A stretch of 64,000 nucleotides of DNA, taken from contig JAYTHY010000088.1 of NCBI GenBank assembly GCA_043732185.1, positions 3,410-67,409 of the forward strand. Reading direction: 5' to 3'. Both the position numbers and the translations under genes were made by a program. Each line of letters opens with the position of its first letter. Positions within the stretch are counted from its first letter, which is position 1. Positions 25,970 through 35,831 of the stretch are shown here, piece after piece. The notes under the pieces are model-generated. The model was not told the DNA's origin. It ran no database searches and saw nothing but the letters and a program-made list of their open reading frames with translations. Source of the DNA: Fibrobacteria bacterium. GTDB taxonomy: Bacteria; Fibrobacterota; Fibrobacteria; UBA11236.

Positions 25970-27514
25970 ATGACTGCTAAATTCAAATCAAACGGACAAT
26001 CCGGCTTTGGGCTACTGGAGTCGATTACCGGACTCTTGGTTTTTGTGCTGCTCGCCTTTGTCGGCACCAAAGCGTTTAAGCATGTGGTGGCCAATCATAA
26101 AGAAGCGGCTCAGGTAAAAATATTGGTGGATGCCGTTACGGAAACCGCAGAAAAACTGAGCATGTTAAGCGTAGCCGCTCTCAGTGATCCCTCCGCCGGC
26201 TATTTGAATTGGAGTCAGACGCAATCCGTAGGCAAGGGTGAATACGTTTATCGTTATCGAATCATTCCTCGTCCCGCAATATCCGGAGCCCAGGACTCCA
26301 CTTTGGTTGGGCTGGAAGTGGAAACGGGAACGCTTGTTCAGAATGTGTTTACGGTAGTTCGGCGTTTTGCCACTTTGATTGCGCCGCATCTTTCGTCTAA
26401 GGATGGTCTGGGCCAAGTTTCCACTCAGAAGGAACGCGATGCCGAAGCGAGCTTTTATGCTTCTTTGCGGCAACGCATAGCAGGCTTGACGCAGGATGTT
26501 GTCCCGCTCAATCAAGTGAAGTTGAACTCATATACCTGTTATGATAAAGGACAATGTTGCGGTTTTATGAAAGAGTTTTTCAAAGACCCACTGGTGAATC
26601 CCGCGGATGGACTTAAGGAGAAATGTTTGTACCGCTGTGCGCTTACTGGCGGCGTTTCTATGACCGACTGGCAAAATTCCTGTGGAACTGATTTTTGTGG
26701 CTTGGCACCCTGGAAAACCAAAGACGATTGCTGTAAGGCGATCAGCTCTGGAAATTGTCTACAGGGTAGCGTCTGCGCGAGCGTCTGTTATGACTGTGTT
26801 CACGAAGATGGCAGTGGATGCGCCGCGCCGATCTGTGATGGCGGTTGGTGGAATGACATTTTTGACTGCGCTAATGGTACCTACTGTGACGGAACGCCTT
26901 TGCCGGACGGGGATGTGCCCGGTTGGGGCAATGTTAAGAACTTATGCAAATTGCCGCAATGCGGAACCATCCACGAGGAATGCAGTCAGAAACTTGATGT
27001 ATGCTGCAACAGTTATTGGGTGAAATTGGCCAGAGGAGAAACTCCGGATCCACGCGCGATGGTTTGTGCGACTATTAGTAAGAAAGAGGAATGTTGCGAC
27101 AGAAACACGCATGTAGGAAATTTTGGCTTCGTATGCACAACTTCGGGAACCGTCGAACATGTCATTTACCATGATACCGCCTTTTGTCCTGCGGATGTAT
27201 TCAAATCCAGCCAGGACAATTACTGCGCCATTTATCAGGGCTGTTCCGGGGCATACGGCGGAACCGACAAGACCGGTGGTCCTCCGGGCTGTCCGGCGTG
27301 GCCTGGCAGCTATCCAAAGCTCGATGATCCCTGGCAGAATCCAATTCCGCCTCCACCCGCTCCTCCGACTGCTCAACCACCCTATCAGCCACCGGCACAA
27401 CTGCCGTCTCCTCCGCAGTTGACGCCTCCCGTTATCGCGCCTCCTACCGGGGATAAGCGCGTAGCACCGGTACGTGGAGGATCAGGAAAGGGTTCAGCGG
27501 GTGGACAGGAATAA
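25970..27514 (+). CDS. pseudopilin-like protein with a Cys-rich domain and Pro-rich tail
   Basis: The N-terminus GQSG|FGLLESITGLLVFVLLAFVG is prepilin-like with Glu at +5. Residues 190-441 contain 30 Cys, including four CC doublets. Residues about 455-493 are proline-rich (PIPPPPAPPTAQPPYQPPAQLPSPPQLTPPVIAPP). Confidence 0.65.
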   Translation: MTAKFKSNGQSGFGLLESITGLLVFVLLAFVGTKAFKHVVANHKEAAQVKILVDAVTETAEKLSMLSVAALSDPSAGYLNWSQTQSVGKGEYVYRYRIIPRPAISGAQDSTLVGLEVETGTLVQNVFTVVRRFATLIAPHLSSKDGLGQVSTQKERDAEASFYASLRQRIAGLTQDVVPLNQVKLNSYTCYDKGQCCGFMKEFFKDPLVNPADGLKEKCLYRCALTGGVSMTDWQNSCGTDFCGLAPWKTKDDCCKAISSGNCLQGSVCASVCYDCVHEDGSGCAAPICDGGWWNDIFDCANGTYCDGTPLPDGDVPGWGNVKNLCKLPQCGTIHEECSQKLDVCCNSYWVKLARGETPDPRAMVCATISKKEECCDRNTHVGNFGFVCTTSGTVEHVIYHDTAFCPADVFKSSQDNYCAIYQGCSGAYGGTDKTGGPPGCPAWPGSYPKLDDPWQNPIPPPPAPPTAQPPYQPPAQLPSPPQLTPPVIAPPTGDKRVAPVRGGSGKGSAGGQE

Positions 27515-27533
27515 TCCGTCATTAATGCCGACT

Positions 27534-28619
27534 TTATTCGGGTATAAGCTGAAGGGGATGCTCCCATGCTCCTGGTGCACCATAGCCATATAAATGCATG
27601 GACACGGTATTTTTCGAATGGGTTTCATTTTGGCTCTGATGCCACTCCAGGTGGGCGGGCACATGATCGGTTTGCCTTGGCCAAGGTCGCACAACATCGC
27701 TCCCAATTAAGGCTAGCAATTTATTTGTATTCATGCTGACATTTCCGGCGCGCGGGGGCATGGGGCCCGCTGCCGCCCGCATGCAGCCCATTAACAACTC
27801 CGGCGGATAATTTCCAAGTTTGTTGATCACCTGTGCAATTTGGTACAGACTTAATGGTTTGGGTCCACCCAAATGAAATATCCCGTTCGCGTCATTGTCG
27901 AGGAATAATGCAATCACTCGGTTTAAATCTTGAACATAGAGGTTGCTCCGCACTTCATCGAAATAAAGCGTAGCCGGACGTCCTTTTCGAAATCGAGATT
28001 CAATCCAATCGATGGCACCGGCATGCCCATTCAAGGATGGGCCCATAGGCAAAGCAATTCGTAAAATAGCAGCCTCTGGATATTCCTCCAGGATGCGGTT
28101 TTCCGATTCCACCATCAGCTTTCCATAAACGGTCACCGGTGACACGGGCCAGTCCTCCAGGTAATCGCCGAAAACGGTTTTACCCTCGCGCTCATATGGA
28201 TTCCCGTCAAAAACTAAATCGGTAGACAAGCGAATGAGCCTGGCCTGGTGGCTTTTGGCGGCACGCATTAGATTGAGGCCGATATCCACATTGAGCCGGC
28301 GACCCAAGGTCGGATCGAGTTCGCAAGGCTTCAGCGCGCACCAACCCGATGCGTCCACAATGGTGTGAATAGGGAAATCCGTCCAAAGCCGATCCAATTC
28401 CTCTGGATTTTCAGCGTCCACACCCATCAGGCCGTGGTCTATGCCTTTAAATTGGCCTAAAGCCTCAGGTAGGGCAATTCCCACCACCTGGCCGGGGAAA
28501 AGTTTCCGAAGGAAGTAAAAAGCATTGTAACCCGGTACCCCAGTCAATCCCGCAACCAGTATATACCCGGCTACGCTATATTCAGGTAGAGCTGGGTCGT
28601 TTGCAGGGGATGGAGACAT
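27534..28619 (-). CDS. NAD(P)-dependent SDR-family oxidoreductase, RmlD/sugar-nucleotide-reductase-like
   Basis: Rossmann motif ILVAGLTGVPGYN, RLIRLSTDLVFDG and VYGKLMVESE blocks. About 60 aa of C-terminal extension. Substrate unknown. Confidence 0.5.
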   Translation of the reverse strand: MSPSPANDPALPEYSVAGYILVAGLTGVPGYNAFYFLRKLFPGQVVGIALPEALGQFKGIDHGLMGVDAENPEELDRLWTDFPIHTIVDASGWCALKPCELDPTLGRRLNVDIGLNLMRAAKSHQARLIRLSTDLVFDGNPYEREGKTVFGDYLEDWPVSPVTVYGKLMVESENRILEEYPEAAILRIALPMGPSLNGHAGAIDWIESRFRKGRPATLYFDEVRSNLYVQDLNRVIALFLDNDANGIFHLGGPKPLSLYQIAQVINKLGNYPPELLMGCMRAAAGPMPPRAGNVSMNTNKLLALIGSDVVRPWPRQTDHVPAHLEWHQSQNETHSKNTVSMHLYGYGAPGAWEHPLQLIPE

Positions 28620-28898
28620 GGGCCGAAAACCTACTTCCAGGGCGCGGTTTGGTCTAAAGCAAATCCCTAAAAATGCCGAAAAAATTCAAGTTGCATGCCT
28701 TACTTGAGGAATGGCATAATGGCCAACATAAAGAAGCAGATACATTTTCCGATGATGGCAGGAGGCACCGGATTGTTGGCAGTAAGGCCCCCCAGGTCCT
28801 CGATCGAAAATTTTTTAAATATCGATGGAATCCCATCTTCCCTGGGGAATGCGGCCAATGATGGGTATTATTTGCCTCGAATAGCTTTGGCACCCTTA

Positions 28899-30701
28899 AT
28901 GCAATCCACACTCCGCGACATTATCCTGCAAGTTAAAGAAAACGCGGATATCGTTCAGATCATTGGCCAGTATGTGCCCCTTAAAAAATCCGGGGCCCGG
29001 TATTTGGGACTTTGCCCCTTCCATCACGATCGAAGCCCCAGTTTAAACGTGACTCCGCAAATGGGCATTTACAAATGCTTTGCTTGCGGGGCTGGCGGAG
29101 ATGTCCTCAAGTTTGTGCAGGAATACGAGAAGCTGGATTTTATCGATGCCTTGCGGGCCGTGGCTGTGCGCGCAGGCGTGACTATTCCCGAGCATCTTCA
29201 TTTTTCCAAGGATGAAGAGGACAAAGGAAAGGCCAGCCAAGCCCTGGCAGCCAATCAACTTGCCTGTCAACTGTACCAAGAGGAATTGGAAAACAATTCG
29301 GAAGTCCTTGCCTATTTGGACGGACGCGGTATTCATGCGGAAACCCGCAAACATTTCCAATTGGGATTGGCTCCGCTTTCTACCGATAAGATTTTAAAAA
29401 AAGCGGATGCTAAAAAGGTACCTGTCCAGGCTTTTATTGAGGCTGGTATACTGGGAGAAGCGCCTGGTGGCCGCGTTTATGATCGATTTGCCGGTCGACT
29501 CATTTTCCCTATTTGGAACTTAAGCGGACATGTGATCGGGTTTGGTGGCCGGGTGTTGCCTTCGAATGATCCGGCCATTCCCGTTCATCCTGCCAAGTAT
29601 GTCAATTCTCCGGAGTCGCCGTTTTACCATAAAAGCAAAGTGCTGTATGGACTCAATTTCGCTCGGAATGCCATAGACAAATTGGGTGAAGCCGTAATTG
29701 TAGAAGGCTATATGGATATGTTGGCGTTGTGGCAAGCCGGCATTCATAACACCGTCGCGGTTTCGGGAACGGCATTGACCAAGGACCATGTGCAAATCTT
29801 GGCTCGCTTTGCCCGTAAGATTTATCTGTTTCTAGATGGAGATGCCGCTGGGCGCAAGGCGGTGCGGAGAAGCTTGGAACCGCTCCTCGTTATGGGATTG
29901 GAAGTTAAGGTACCCGTGCTCCCATCCGAAGAAGATCCGGACAGCTACGCAAAAAAATTTGGCGGAGAGAAAATCAAAGAGCTCTTTTCCCGCAGCGAAG
30001 ATATTGTGGCCTTCCTGCTAAGAAATGCAGGCAAACCGATTGAGGCCATGAGTCCGGAAGAAAAGGACGAATTGCTTAAGGAATGTTTGGGGCTATTGCA
30101 AACCATGCCTTCTCCTAATGTTCGCGACCAATACCTGGATGAGGTGCGCCGAAAGCTGGGGCTCAAAGGCATTCGGCTTCAAATGGCCCGGACGCAAGGG
30201 CCCGCTTCCTTTGCAGTGGTCTCCGCCGCGGGTCAAGGTACGGAAAATACGGATATGATTGCCGTTTTCGCCGGTGCTATTCCGGGGGGACGTCCCAAGG
30301 ATGAAGCTTTGGCCGAATGGCAATTGCTACAACTGCTATTGTCTTCCGGTGAGGCCTGTGGCTGGGCCCTGGACAAGCTTCGCTTGGAATGGCTGCTTGT
30401 CGACACAGTGAGAAATCTTACCGATTTACTGTTGGCTTTTTACGAAGAACGGGGCGGATTGGACATTAAGGTCTTTCTCGATCGCTTGTCCCAGCAGGAT
30501 CAAGACACCATCTCCGGCATGCGCTTCATTGAAGGCATGGATCAGGAACAATTAAAAAAGCATTTTTCCGGAATCCTTTTTGCTTTGGAAATCCGTTCTC
30601 TGCAAAAGCAAAAGGCCATGGAAGAGGATTTGATCAAATACGCTGACATCGTAAAACGTTTGAAAGTTCTCCAATCGAAAACCAAAGGCGGGTCCCCATG
30701 A
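28899..30701 (+). CDS. dnaG: DNA primase
   Basis: CHC2 finger [13 protein letters not shown]....[20 protein letters not shown] core [22 protein letters not shown]...[19 protein letters not shown] and Toprim [12 protein letters not shown]...FLDGDAAG. I placed the start at the Met (28899) just before the finger. The track start at 28695 adds 68 non-primase-like residues. The stop overlaps the rpoD start (ATGA). Confidence 0.92.
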   Translation: MQSTLRDIILQVKENADIVQIIGQYVPLKKSGARYLGLCPFHHDRSPSLNVTPQMGIYKCFACGAGGDVLKFVQEYEKLDFIDALRAVAVRAGVTIPEHLHFSKDEEDKGKASQALAANQLACQLYQEELENNSEVLAYLDGRGIHAETRKHFQLGLAPLSTDKILKKADAKKVPVQAFIEAGILGEAPGGRVYDRFAGRLIFPIWNLSGHVIGFGGRVLPSNDPAIPVHPAKYVNSPESPFYHKSKVLYGLNFARNAIDKLGEAVIVEGYMDMLALWQAGIHNTVAVSGTALTKDHVQILARFARKIYLFLDGDAAGRKAVRRSLEPLLVMGLEVKVPVLPSEEDPDSYAKKFGGEKIKELFSRSEDIVAFLLRNAGKPIEAMSPEEKDELLKECLGLLQTMPSPNVRDQYLDEVRRKLGLKGIRLQMARTQGPASFAVVSAAGQGTENTDMIAVFAGAIPGGRPKDEALAEWQLLQLLLSSGEACGWALDKLRLEWLLVDTVRNLTDLLLAFYEERGGLDIKVFLDRLSQQDQDTISGMRFIEGMDQEQLKKHFSGILFALEIRSLQKQKAMEEDLIKYADIVKRLKVLQSKTKGGSP

Positions 30702-32197
30702 ATGAACTCGATGGCCAAATTCTAAGAAGACTGCAAAAGCAGGCCAAGCTGCAAGGCTTCATCGCTGAGAACCAGATTCGGGCCCTGTCCAAATCGGACG
30801 ATGAATATGTGGTGCTCCGACAATTCTTTGTCGATTCAAGCGTGCAAGTTTCCGAATTTGCCGTCAAGGCACGAAAACCCACCAAGCCTGATGCCCTAAA
30901 AAAGATTACGCGCTACAACGACCCTACCTGGGTGTATCTCAACTCCGTCGGCAAGGTGCCACTGCTTTCCAGGCAGGAAGAAATCGACATTGCCAAGCGC
31001 ATCGAAGAAGTGCAGAAACGCATCGGTGCCATCATTTTCCGATCTAAAAGCATGGTGGCGGTGGTGTTGGATCTGGGACGCCAGGTGCTTGAAGAAGATC
31101 TCCGTATCGAGGAAATTCTGCAAATCGATAATGATGCCTGGACCGATCCCAAGGTGTACGATTCGGAAAAAGAGAAAGCCACGGCTGCCATTATGCGGCT
31201 GCGTAAAAATTACACCAAGCTCGAAGATTTAGGCGAGCAATACCAGTTGGCAAAGGGAACGGGCGAGGATCAGCAGGCGTTGGCTTCTGAAATCGAAAAC
31301 TTGGAAATGCGCCTGGTCAATGATTGCGTGGCGTTTAAGCTCAACCACAAACAAATCGATCGCTTAGTCGGCAAATACAAGGAAGAGCAAGGGACTTCCG
31401 AACAGGAGCTGGAGCGTCTGCGCCGCATCAAGCAATGGGAAGTGGTCCGTGACCGCGCCAAGGAAGAAATCGTTGAAGCCAATGTGCGCCTGGTGGTTTC
31501 GATAGCCAAGCGCTACACCTCCAAAGGCTTGGAACTTATCGACCTCATTCAAGAAGGCAACAGCGGGCTTATCCGCGCTGTGGAAAATTTTGATTATACC
31601 AAGGGGTATAAGTTTTCAACCTACGCCACCTGGTGGATCAAACAATCCATCACCCGTGCCATTGCCGATAAGGCCAAGACGGTGCGCGTGCCAGCCAATA
31701 TGCTGGATATCGTCCGTAAAGTCATGCGGGTTTGTCGGGAGCTGCAGCAAACCACGGGAAAAGATCCCAATCCTGAGGAAGTAGCTACCAAGGTCGGCTG
31801 CTCCATCAAAAAGGTTCAGCTGGCCATGGACGTGTCCCAGGACCCCATCTCCCTCGACGATTATGTTTCGGGTGATCAGAACAATACCTTTTCCGAGTTC
31901 ATTGAAGACAAGTCCGCCGAAAAGCCCTCTCAAAGCGTCAATATGCGCATGCTGAGAAAGCAAATCGACGGAGTTCTTTCTTCCTTGGATGCTAAAGAAC
32001 AGGCCATTGTGCGTATGCGATTTGGCCTGGATGACGGTTTGGTGAAAACGCTAAAAGAAATCGGCGACAAATATCGGATTTCACGGGAACGCGTGCGTCA
32101 AATCGAGTCCAAAGCGTTGGCCAAGTTACAACACCCCAGTCGGATTAAACAGCTGGAAGGTTGGGGCACGGATATCGAGGATATCTGTCTGGGATGA
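30698..32197 (+). CDS. rpoD: primary RNA polymerase sigma factor
   Basis: Region 2 block [45 protein letters not shown]. Region 4 block [27 protein letters not shown]. Confidence 0.95.
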   Translation: MNELDGQILRRLQKQAKLQGFIAENQIRALSKSDDEYVVLRQFFVDSSVQVSEFAVKARKPTKPDALKKITRYNDPTWVYLNSVGKVPLLSRQEEIDIAKRIEEVQKRIGAIIFRSKSMVAVVLDLGRQVLEEDLRIEEILQIDNDAWTDPKVYDSEKEKATAAIMRLRKNYTKLEDLGEQYQLAKGTGEDQQALASEIENLEMRLVNDCVAFKLNHKQIDRLVGKYKEEQGTSEQELERLRRIKQWEVVRDRAKEEIVEANVRLVVSIAKRYTSKGLELIDLIQEGNSGLIRAVENFDYTKGYKFSTYATWWIKQSITRAIADKAKTVRVPANMLDIVRKVMRVCRELQQTTGKDPNPEEVATKVGCSIKKVQLAMDVSQDPISLDDYVSGDQNNTFSEFIEDKSAEKPSQSVNMRMLRKQIDGVLSSLDAKEQAIVRMRFGLDDGLVKTLKEIGDKYRISRERVRQIESKALAKLQHPSRIKQLEGWGTDIEDICLG

Positions 32198-32202
32198 CGC
32201 CT

Positions 32203-32240
32203 GGCCATTTCTGCCATCCCGGTTGAAATGGCCCTTTTTC
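32203..32240 (+). terminator. rho-independent terminator after rpoD
   Basis: GGCCATTTC (32203-32211) pairs with GAAATGGCC (32225-32233) across a 13-nt loop. CTTTTTC follows. Confidence 0.7.
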
Positions 32241-32324
32241 CCATAAAATCGTGGATCTTGTGCACTGATGGTGCTATGTTAAAGGCATCATGAGCCTCGG
32301 CTCCTGCCGTGGTGGGCACAAGTT

Positions 32325-34646
32325 ATGGAAAACGAGGAAAAAGCCGGAGATAAAAAGGTAGGGCCGGCAAGCCGAGCGCCTAAGCTACGCGAAGTCAAGT
32401 TGCACGATTCCCTGATGGATTCCAAGCAAGTTGATGTGCCCGGTACAGGTGCGGATGCCCAGGATTATGAGGACGTAGAAATCAAGGCGCCGGAAATCGA
32501 GCGCAGCCTTGATCGGGCCAAAGAAAATTTGCTCGCCTACATTGGTGAACGAAATCCGAATTTCAATAAGGAATTGATCCAAAGAGCCATCGACTTTACC
32601 ATGTTGGCGCATAAAAATCAGTTCCGCCGATCCGGAATGCCCTATGCGGAGCATCCTTTTGAAGTGGCCAAGCTGCTGGCGGATTTGAACATGGACAGCG
32701 TCACCATCGCCGCTGGTCTTTTGCATGACGTGGTGGAAGACACCAGCCATTCCACCCAGGAAGTTAAAGAAGTCTTTGGCGAAGAAGTTGCCTTTTTAGT
32801 GGAAGCGGTTACCAAAATTTCCGCCATCAAGTCCAAGTCCCGGGCCGATCAGCAAGCGGAAACGTTCCGAAAAATGCTCATCTCCATGGCCAAGGATATT
32901 CGCGTCATCATGATCAAGTTTGCAGATCGGCTCCACAATATGCGCACTCTCTCCTATATGCAGGAGGATCGGAAAAAGGCCATCGCGGCGGAAACCGTTG
33001 AAGTGTACGCGCCCCTGGCGCATCGGTTCGGGCTCGCCAAAATCAAATGGGAATTGGAGGATTTGGCCTTCAAACATTTGAATTCCGATGCCTACAAGAA
33101 CTTGGTTAAAAAGGTTGTGGAAAAGCGGCAAGAGCGCGAGGAATATATTCGTGGAATTCTGGCCCCGGTCAAGGAAGCTTTAAAGAATGCCGAATTGGAA
33201 GGCAAGGTATACGGCCGTCCCAAACATTTGTTCAGCATTTGGCACAAGATGCAAGCGCGACAATGCCAATTCGAGGACATCTACGATCTTTACGCTTTGC
33301 GCATCATCGTGAATTCCATTTCCGACTGTTATGCGGTATTGGGACTGGTCCACTCCATTTGGACGCCGTTGCAATCCCGCTTCAAGGATTATATCGCCAC
33401 ACCCAAATCCAATATGTATCAAAGCCTACACACCACTTTAATTGGTCCAGGCGGAAAACCCATCGAAATCCAGATCCGCACGGAAGAAATGGACATTATC
33501 GCGGAACAGGGCATTGCCGCGCATTGGGGCTACAAGGAGGGCGTTTCCCCTAAAAACATCGGCCTGGAAAACAAATGGCTCACCCAGTTCCTGGAATGGC
33601 AGCAGGATCTAACCGATTCACACGAGTTCATGGAATACTTCCGGGGTGATTTGGTTACTGGAGAGATCTTTCTGTTCACGCCGCAGGGTGACTTGATTCA
33701 ATTGCCCAAAGGGGCTACGGCACTTGACTTTGCCTTTGCCCTGCATTCCGCCATCGGTCTGCATTGCATCGGCGCCAAAGTCGATGGCAATGTGGTTCCT
33801 TTGCATCGAGAGCTGAGAACCGGTGAGCGCGTCGAAATTCTGAAGTCGGATTCACAGCGGCCCTCTAAAGACTGGCTGTCCGTGGTCGTGTCCACTAAAG
33901 CTAAAAGCGCTATCCGGCGTTGGATGCGCACGGAAGAAGTGGCGCACAGCATGCAGCTAGGCAAGGAAATGCTAGAACGTGAATTCCGGCAAGGCCATAT
34001 TCCGCCGGTTGTGCAGGCTGACCTCAAGCCTTTTGCGACCAAGTTTTCAGTTACGAGCTGGGAAATGCTATGGGAGAAAATCGGTCACGGAGAAATCACA
34101 CTAGGCGCGATTTCCGCCTTTGTCCAAGACCTCAATCCCAATCGCAAAAAACCCAGTATGCTGGACCGGCTGACTTTCAAAAGACCGGCCAAGTCCAATG
34201 ACTCCGTACTCGTAAGCGGCTTGCAGAATATGTTGATCCGGTATGCGACTTGTTGCCATCCCGTGCCGGGCGACAAAATAATCGGCTATGTGACGCGTGG
34301 CCGCGGCGTATCCATCCATCGCAGCAATTGTCCCGAAGGCAAATTGCTCATGAAGGATCAAGAGCGAATCATCCCGGTGGAATGGAAAACGGATGCGGGA
34401 CAAATGTTTGAAGTGGTGGTGGAAATTTCCGGACGGGATCGGCCTGATCTGCTCAATGACATCACCAATCTTTTTTCGAAATCGCGCATTAATGTCCAAA
34501 GGGCTTCTATCGTAACCTTGAGGGATCAGGTTCGCAATCGCTTCCGGATTCAGGTTTCCGACCTGGAGCAATTGGAGTCGACCTTGGTTAAGCTGCGAAA
34601 ACTGAAAGGCATTACCAGTGTGCTGCGACGTCAGTCGGGTGTTTAA
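32325..34646 (+). CDS. rel: bifunctional (p)ppGpp synthetase/hydrolase (RelA/SpoT homologue)
   Basis: HD hydrolase motifs (HPFEVA..., LLHDVVEDT), synthetase block YIATPKSNMYQSLHTTLIGP, and TGS and ACT-like C-terminal regions. Confidence 0.93.
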   Translation: MENEEKAGDKKVGPASRAPKLREVKLHDSLMDSKQVDVPGTGADAQDYEDVEIKAPEIERSLDRAKENLLAYIGERNPNFNKELIQRAIDFTMLAHKNQFRRSGMPYAEHPFEVAKLLADLNMDSVTIAAGLLHDVVEDTSHSTQEVKEVFGEEVAFLVEAVTKISAIKSKSRADQQAETFRKMLISMAKDIRVIMIKFADRLHNMRTLSYMQEDRKKAIAAETVEVYAPLAHRFGLAKIKWELEDLAFKHLNSDAYKNLVKKVVEKRQEREEYIRGILAPVKEALKNAELEGKVYGRPKHLFSIWHKMQARQCQFEDIYDLYALRIIVNSISDCYAVLGLVHSIWTPLQSRFKDYIATPKSNMYQSLHTTLIGPGGKPIEIQIRTEEMDIIAEQGIAAHWGYKEGVSPKNIGLENKWLTQFLEWQQDLTDSHEFMEYFRGDLVTGEIFLFTPQGDLIQLPKGATALDFAFALHSAIGLHCIGAKVDGNVVPLHRELRTGERVEILKSDSQRPSKDWLSVVVSTKAKSAIRRWMRTEEVAHSMQLGKEMLEREFRQGHIPPVVQADLKPFATKFSVTSWEMLWEKIGHGEITLGAISAFVQDLNPNRKKPSMLDRLTFKRPAKSNDSVLVSGLQNMLIRYATCCHPVPGDKIIGYVTRGRGVSIHRSNCPEGKLLMKDQERIIPVEWKTDAGQMFEVVVEISGRDRPDLLNDITNLFSKSRINVQRASIVTLRDQVRNRFRIQVSDLEQLESTLVKLRKLKGITSVLRRQSGV

Positions 34647-35174
34647 ATGGACATGAATGCACTATTAATCATTGGAGGGGGAGCGCTGGCCTCTCTGTGC
34701 CTGGTGATCGTTGTCTGGAAACGCAAACTGCTGATTCCAAAATCCGCACGCAATTTAAGCGTCAACATGGTCGAACGGCTAACGGAAAAGTTTCCGACTA
34801 TTCGCCGCACGGAATTGACTCCTGGCACCAAGGGCGCTCCCGCACGGGAAGGAGTGCAGGGAAATTTGGCCCAGACTCACCTTCACGATTTGCTTCAATA
34901 TTTGGCATTGGGCAGCAAATCAGGGATCATGGAAATCAGTTGTGGGCGACGCAGTGGCCGATTAACGCTTTGCGAGGGTCGGGTGGTACAAGTTGTGTAT
35001 CGCGGTAAAGATGGATTGGAAGCACTTTTCATGTTGATGGACGTTGTGGAAGGCGATTTTGAATTCAACGAACAGTTTGTGGAACAGACTGTTGGCACTG
35101 AAAATTGGGAAGTTGTGGACATCATCATGCTGTGGATGAATAGAAAATCCAAGAAAAAACAGTCGGTTGGTTAA
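34647..35174 (+). CDS. membrane-anchored DUF4388 (PATAN-like) domain protein
   Basis: The ATG immediately follows the rel TAA (34644-34646). There is an N-terminal TM segment (LLIIGGGALASLCLVIVVW). The block GNLAQTHLHDLLQYLALGSKSGIMEI..GRRSGRLTLCEGRVVQVVYRGKDGLEALFMLMDVVEGDFEF matches the DUF4388 pattern. Confidence 0.7.
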   Translation: MDMNALLIIGGGALASLCLVIVVWKRKLLIPKSARNLSVNMVERLTEKFPTIRRTELTPGTKGAPAREGVQGNLAQTHLHDLLQYLALGSKSGIMEISCGRRSGRLTLCEGRVVQVVYRGKDGLEALFMLMDVVEGDFEFNEQFVEQTVGTENWEVVDIIMLWMNRKSKKKQSVG

Positions 35175-35182
35175 GGAGAGCT

Positions 35183-35746
35183 ATGTACGCGAACATCTTC
35201 ATAAAAAACCGTCCCTTTTTTGGGAAGATGCGGAACCAGAATTATCAAAAAACCTATGACCTGTTCAAAAAGCTCCAAAATTTGGCTGGAGGTAAACTCT
35301 TTCAACCTAAGGAAATGATTCGAAGTTTGGACGAGTACATCAGTCAGTTGGAAGTGACCTTGCAGCATGCTTCCGATGCAACACGCGGGCTGAAACGGCG
35401 TAAAGTGGCCATGTACCGAATCGACAAGATTTTCGGAGTGTTGGAAGAAGAAATCGTACTCTGCTATTTTTTGGAAGAAATGATCAGCAGTTCCCAATTG
35501 CTTAAAAAACGACTGGAAACGGACGGTAAAATCCGAATTTACCGCGAACGCCTCAAACGTTTTCAAATGCAAAGTCCCGGTGGTAGCGGTTTTTTGGCCA
35601 ATATTCTGGAATCTTTGGAAGCGATGACCCAGACGGAATTCATAGAAATCGAGAAGCTCTTTCAAATTATGGACGAACGGTACCACATTGGCAATAAGCT
35701 TTTTGATATCATTCTCAACAAGGGCGCCAAGGCCTCGGCACCTTGA
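35183..35746 (+). CDS. hypothetical protein (helical, no recognisable domain)
   Basis: 187 aa. It lies 8 nt after the DUF4388 gene on the same strand and has a protein-like charged/helical composition. I preferred it over the antisense ORF at 35171-35686. Confidence 0.5.
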   Translation: MYANIFIKNRPFFGKMRNQNYQKTYDLFKKLQNLAGGKLFQPKEMIRSLDEYISQLEVTLQHASDATRGLKRRKVAMYRIDKIFGVLEEEIVLCYFLEEMISSSQLLKKRLETDGKIRIYRERLKRFQMQSPGGSGFLANILESLEAMTQTEFIEIEKLFQIMDERYHIGNKLFDIILNKGAKASAP

Positions 35747-35831
35747 ACAAACGGGCAGGATTGATTACTTTCACATCTCCTTTGTAAAAAAAGACTAATC
35801 GTCCATTCCTTCAATTTTCGGAAAAAAAGCC

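Noticed and set aside
28866-28874. Bacteroidota-style -7 promoter element (TAttATTTG) upstream of dnaG
   Set aside because: It is a single short match. It is not established that this lineage uses the Bacteroidota sigma-A consensus, and I did not identify a partner -33 element.
28695-28898. 68-codon N-terminal extension of dnaG in the track ORF
   Set aside because: The extension shows no primase similarity. DnaG normally begins a few residues before the segment preceding the CHC2 finger, which fits the ATG at 28899.
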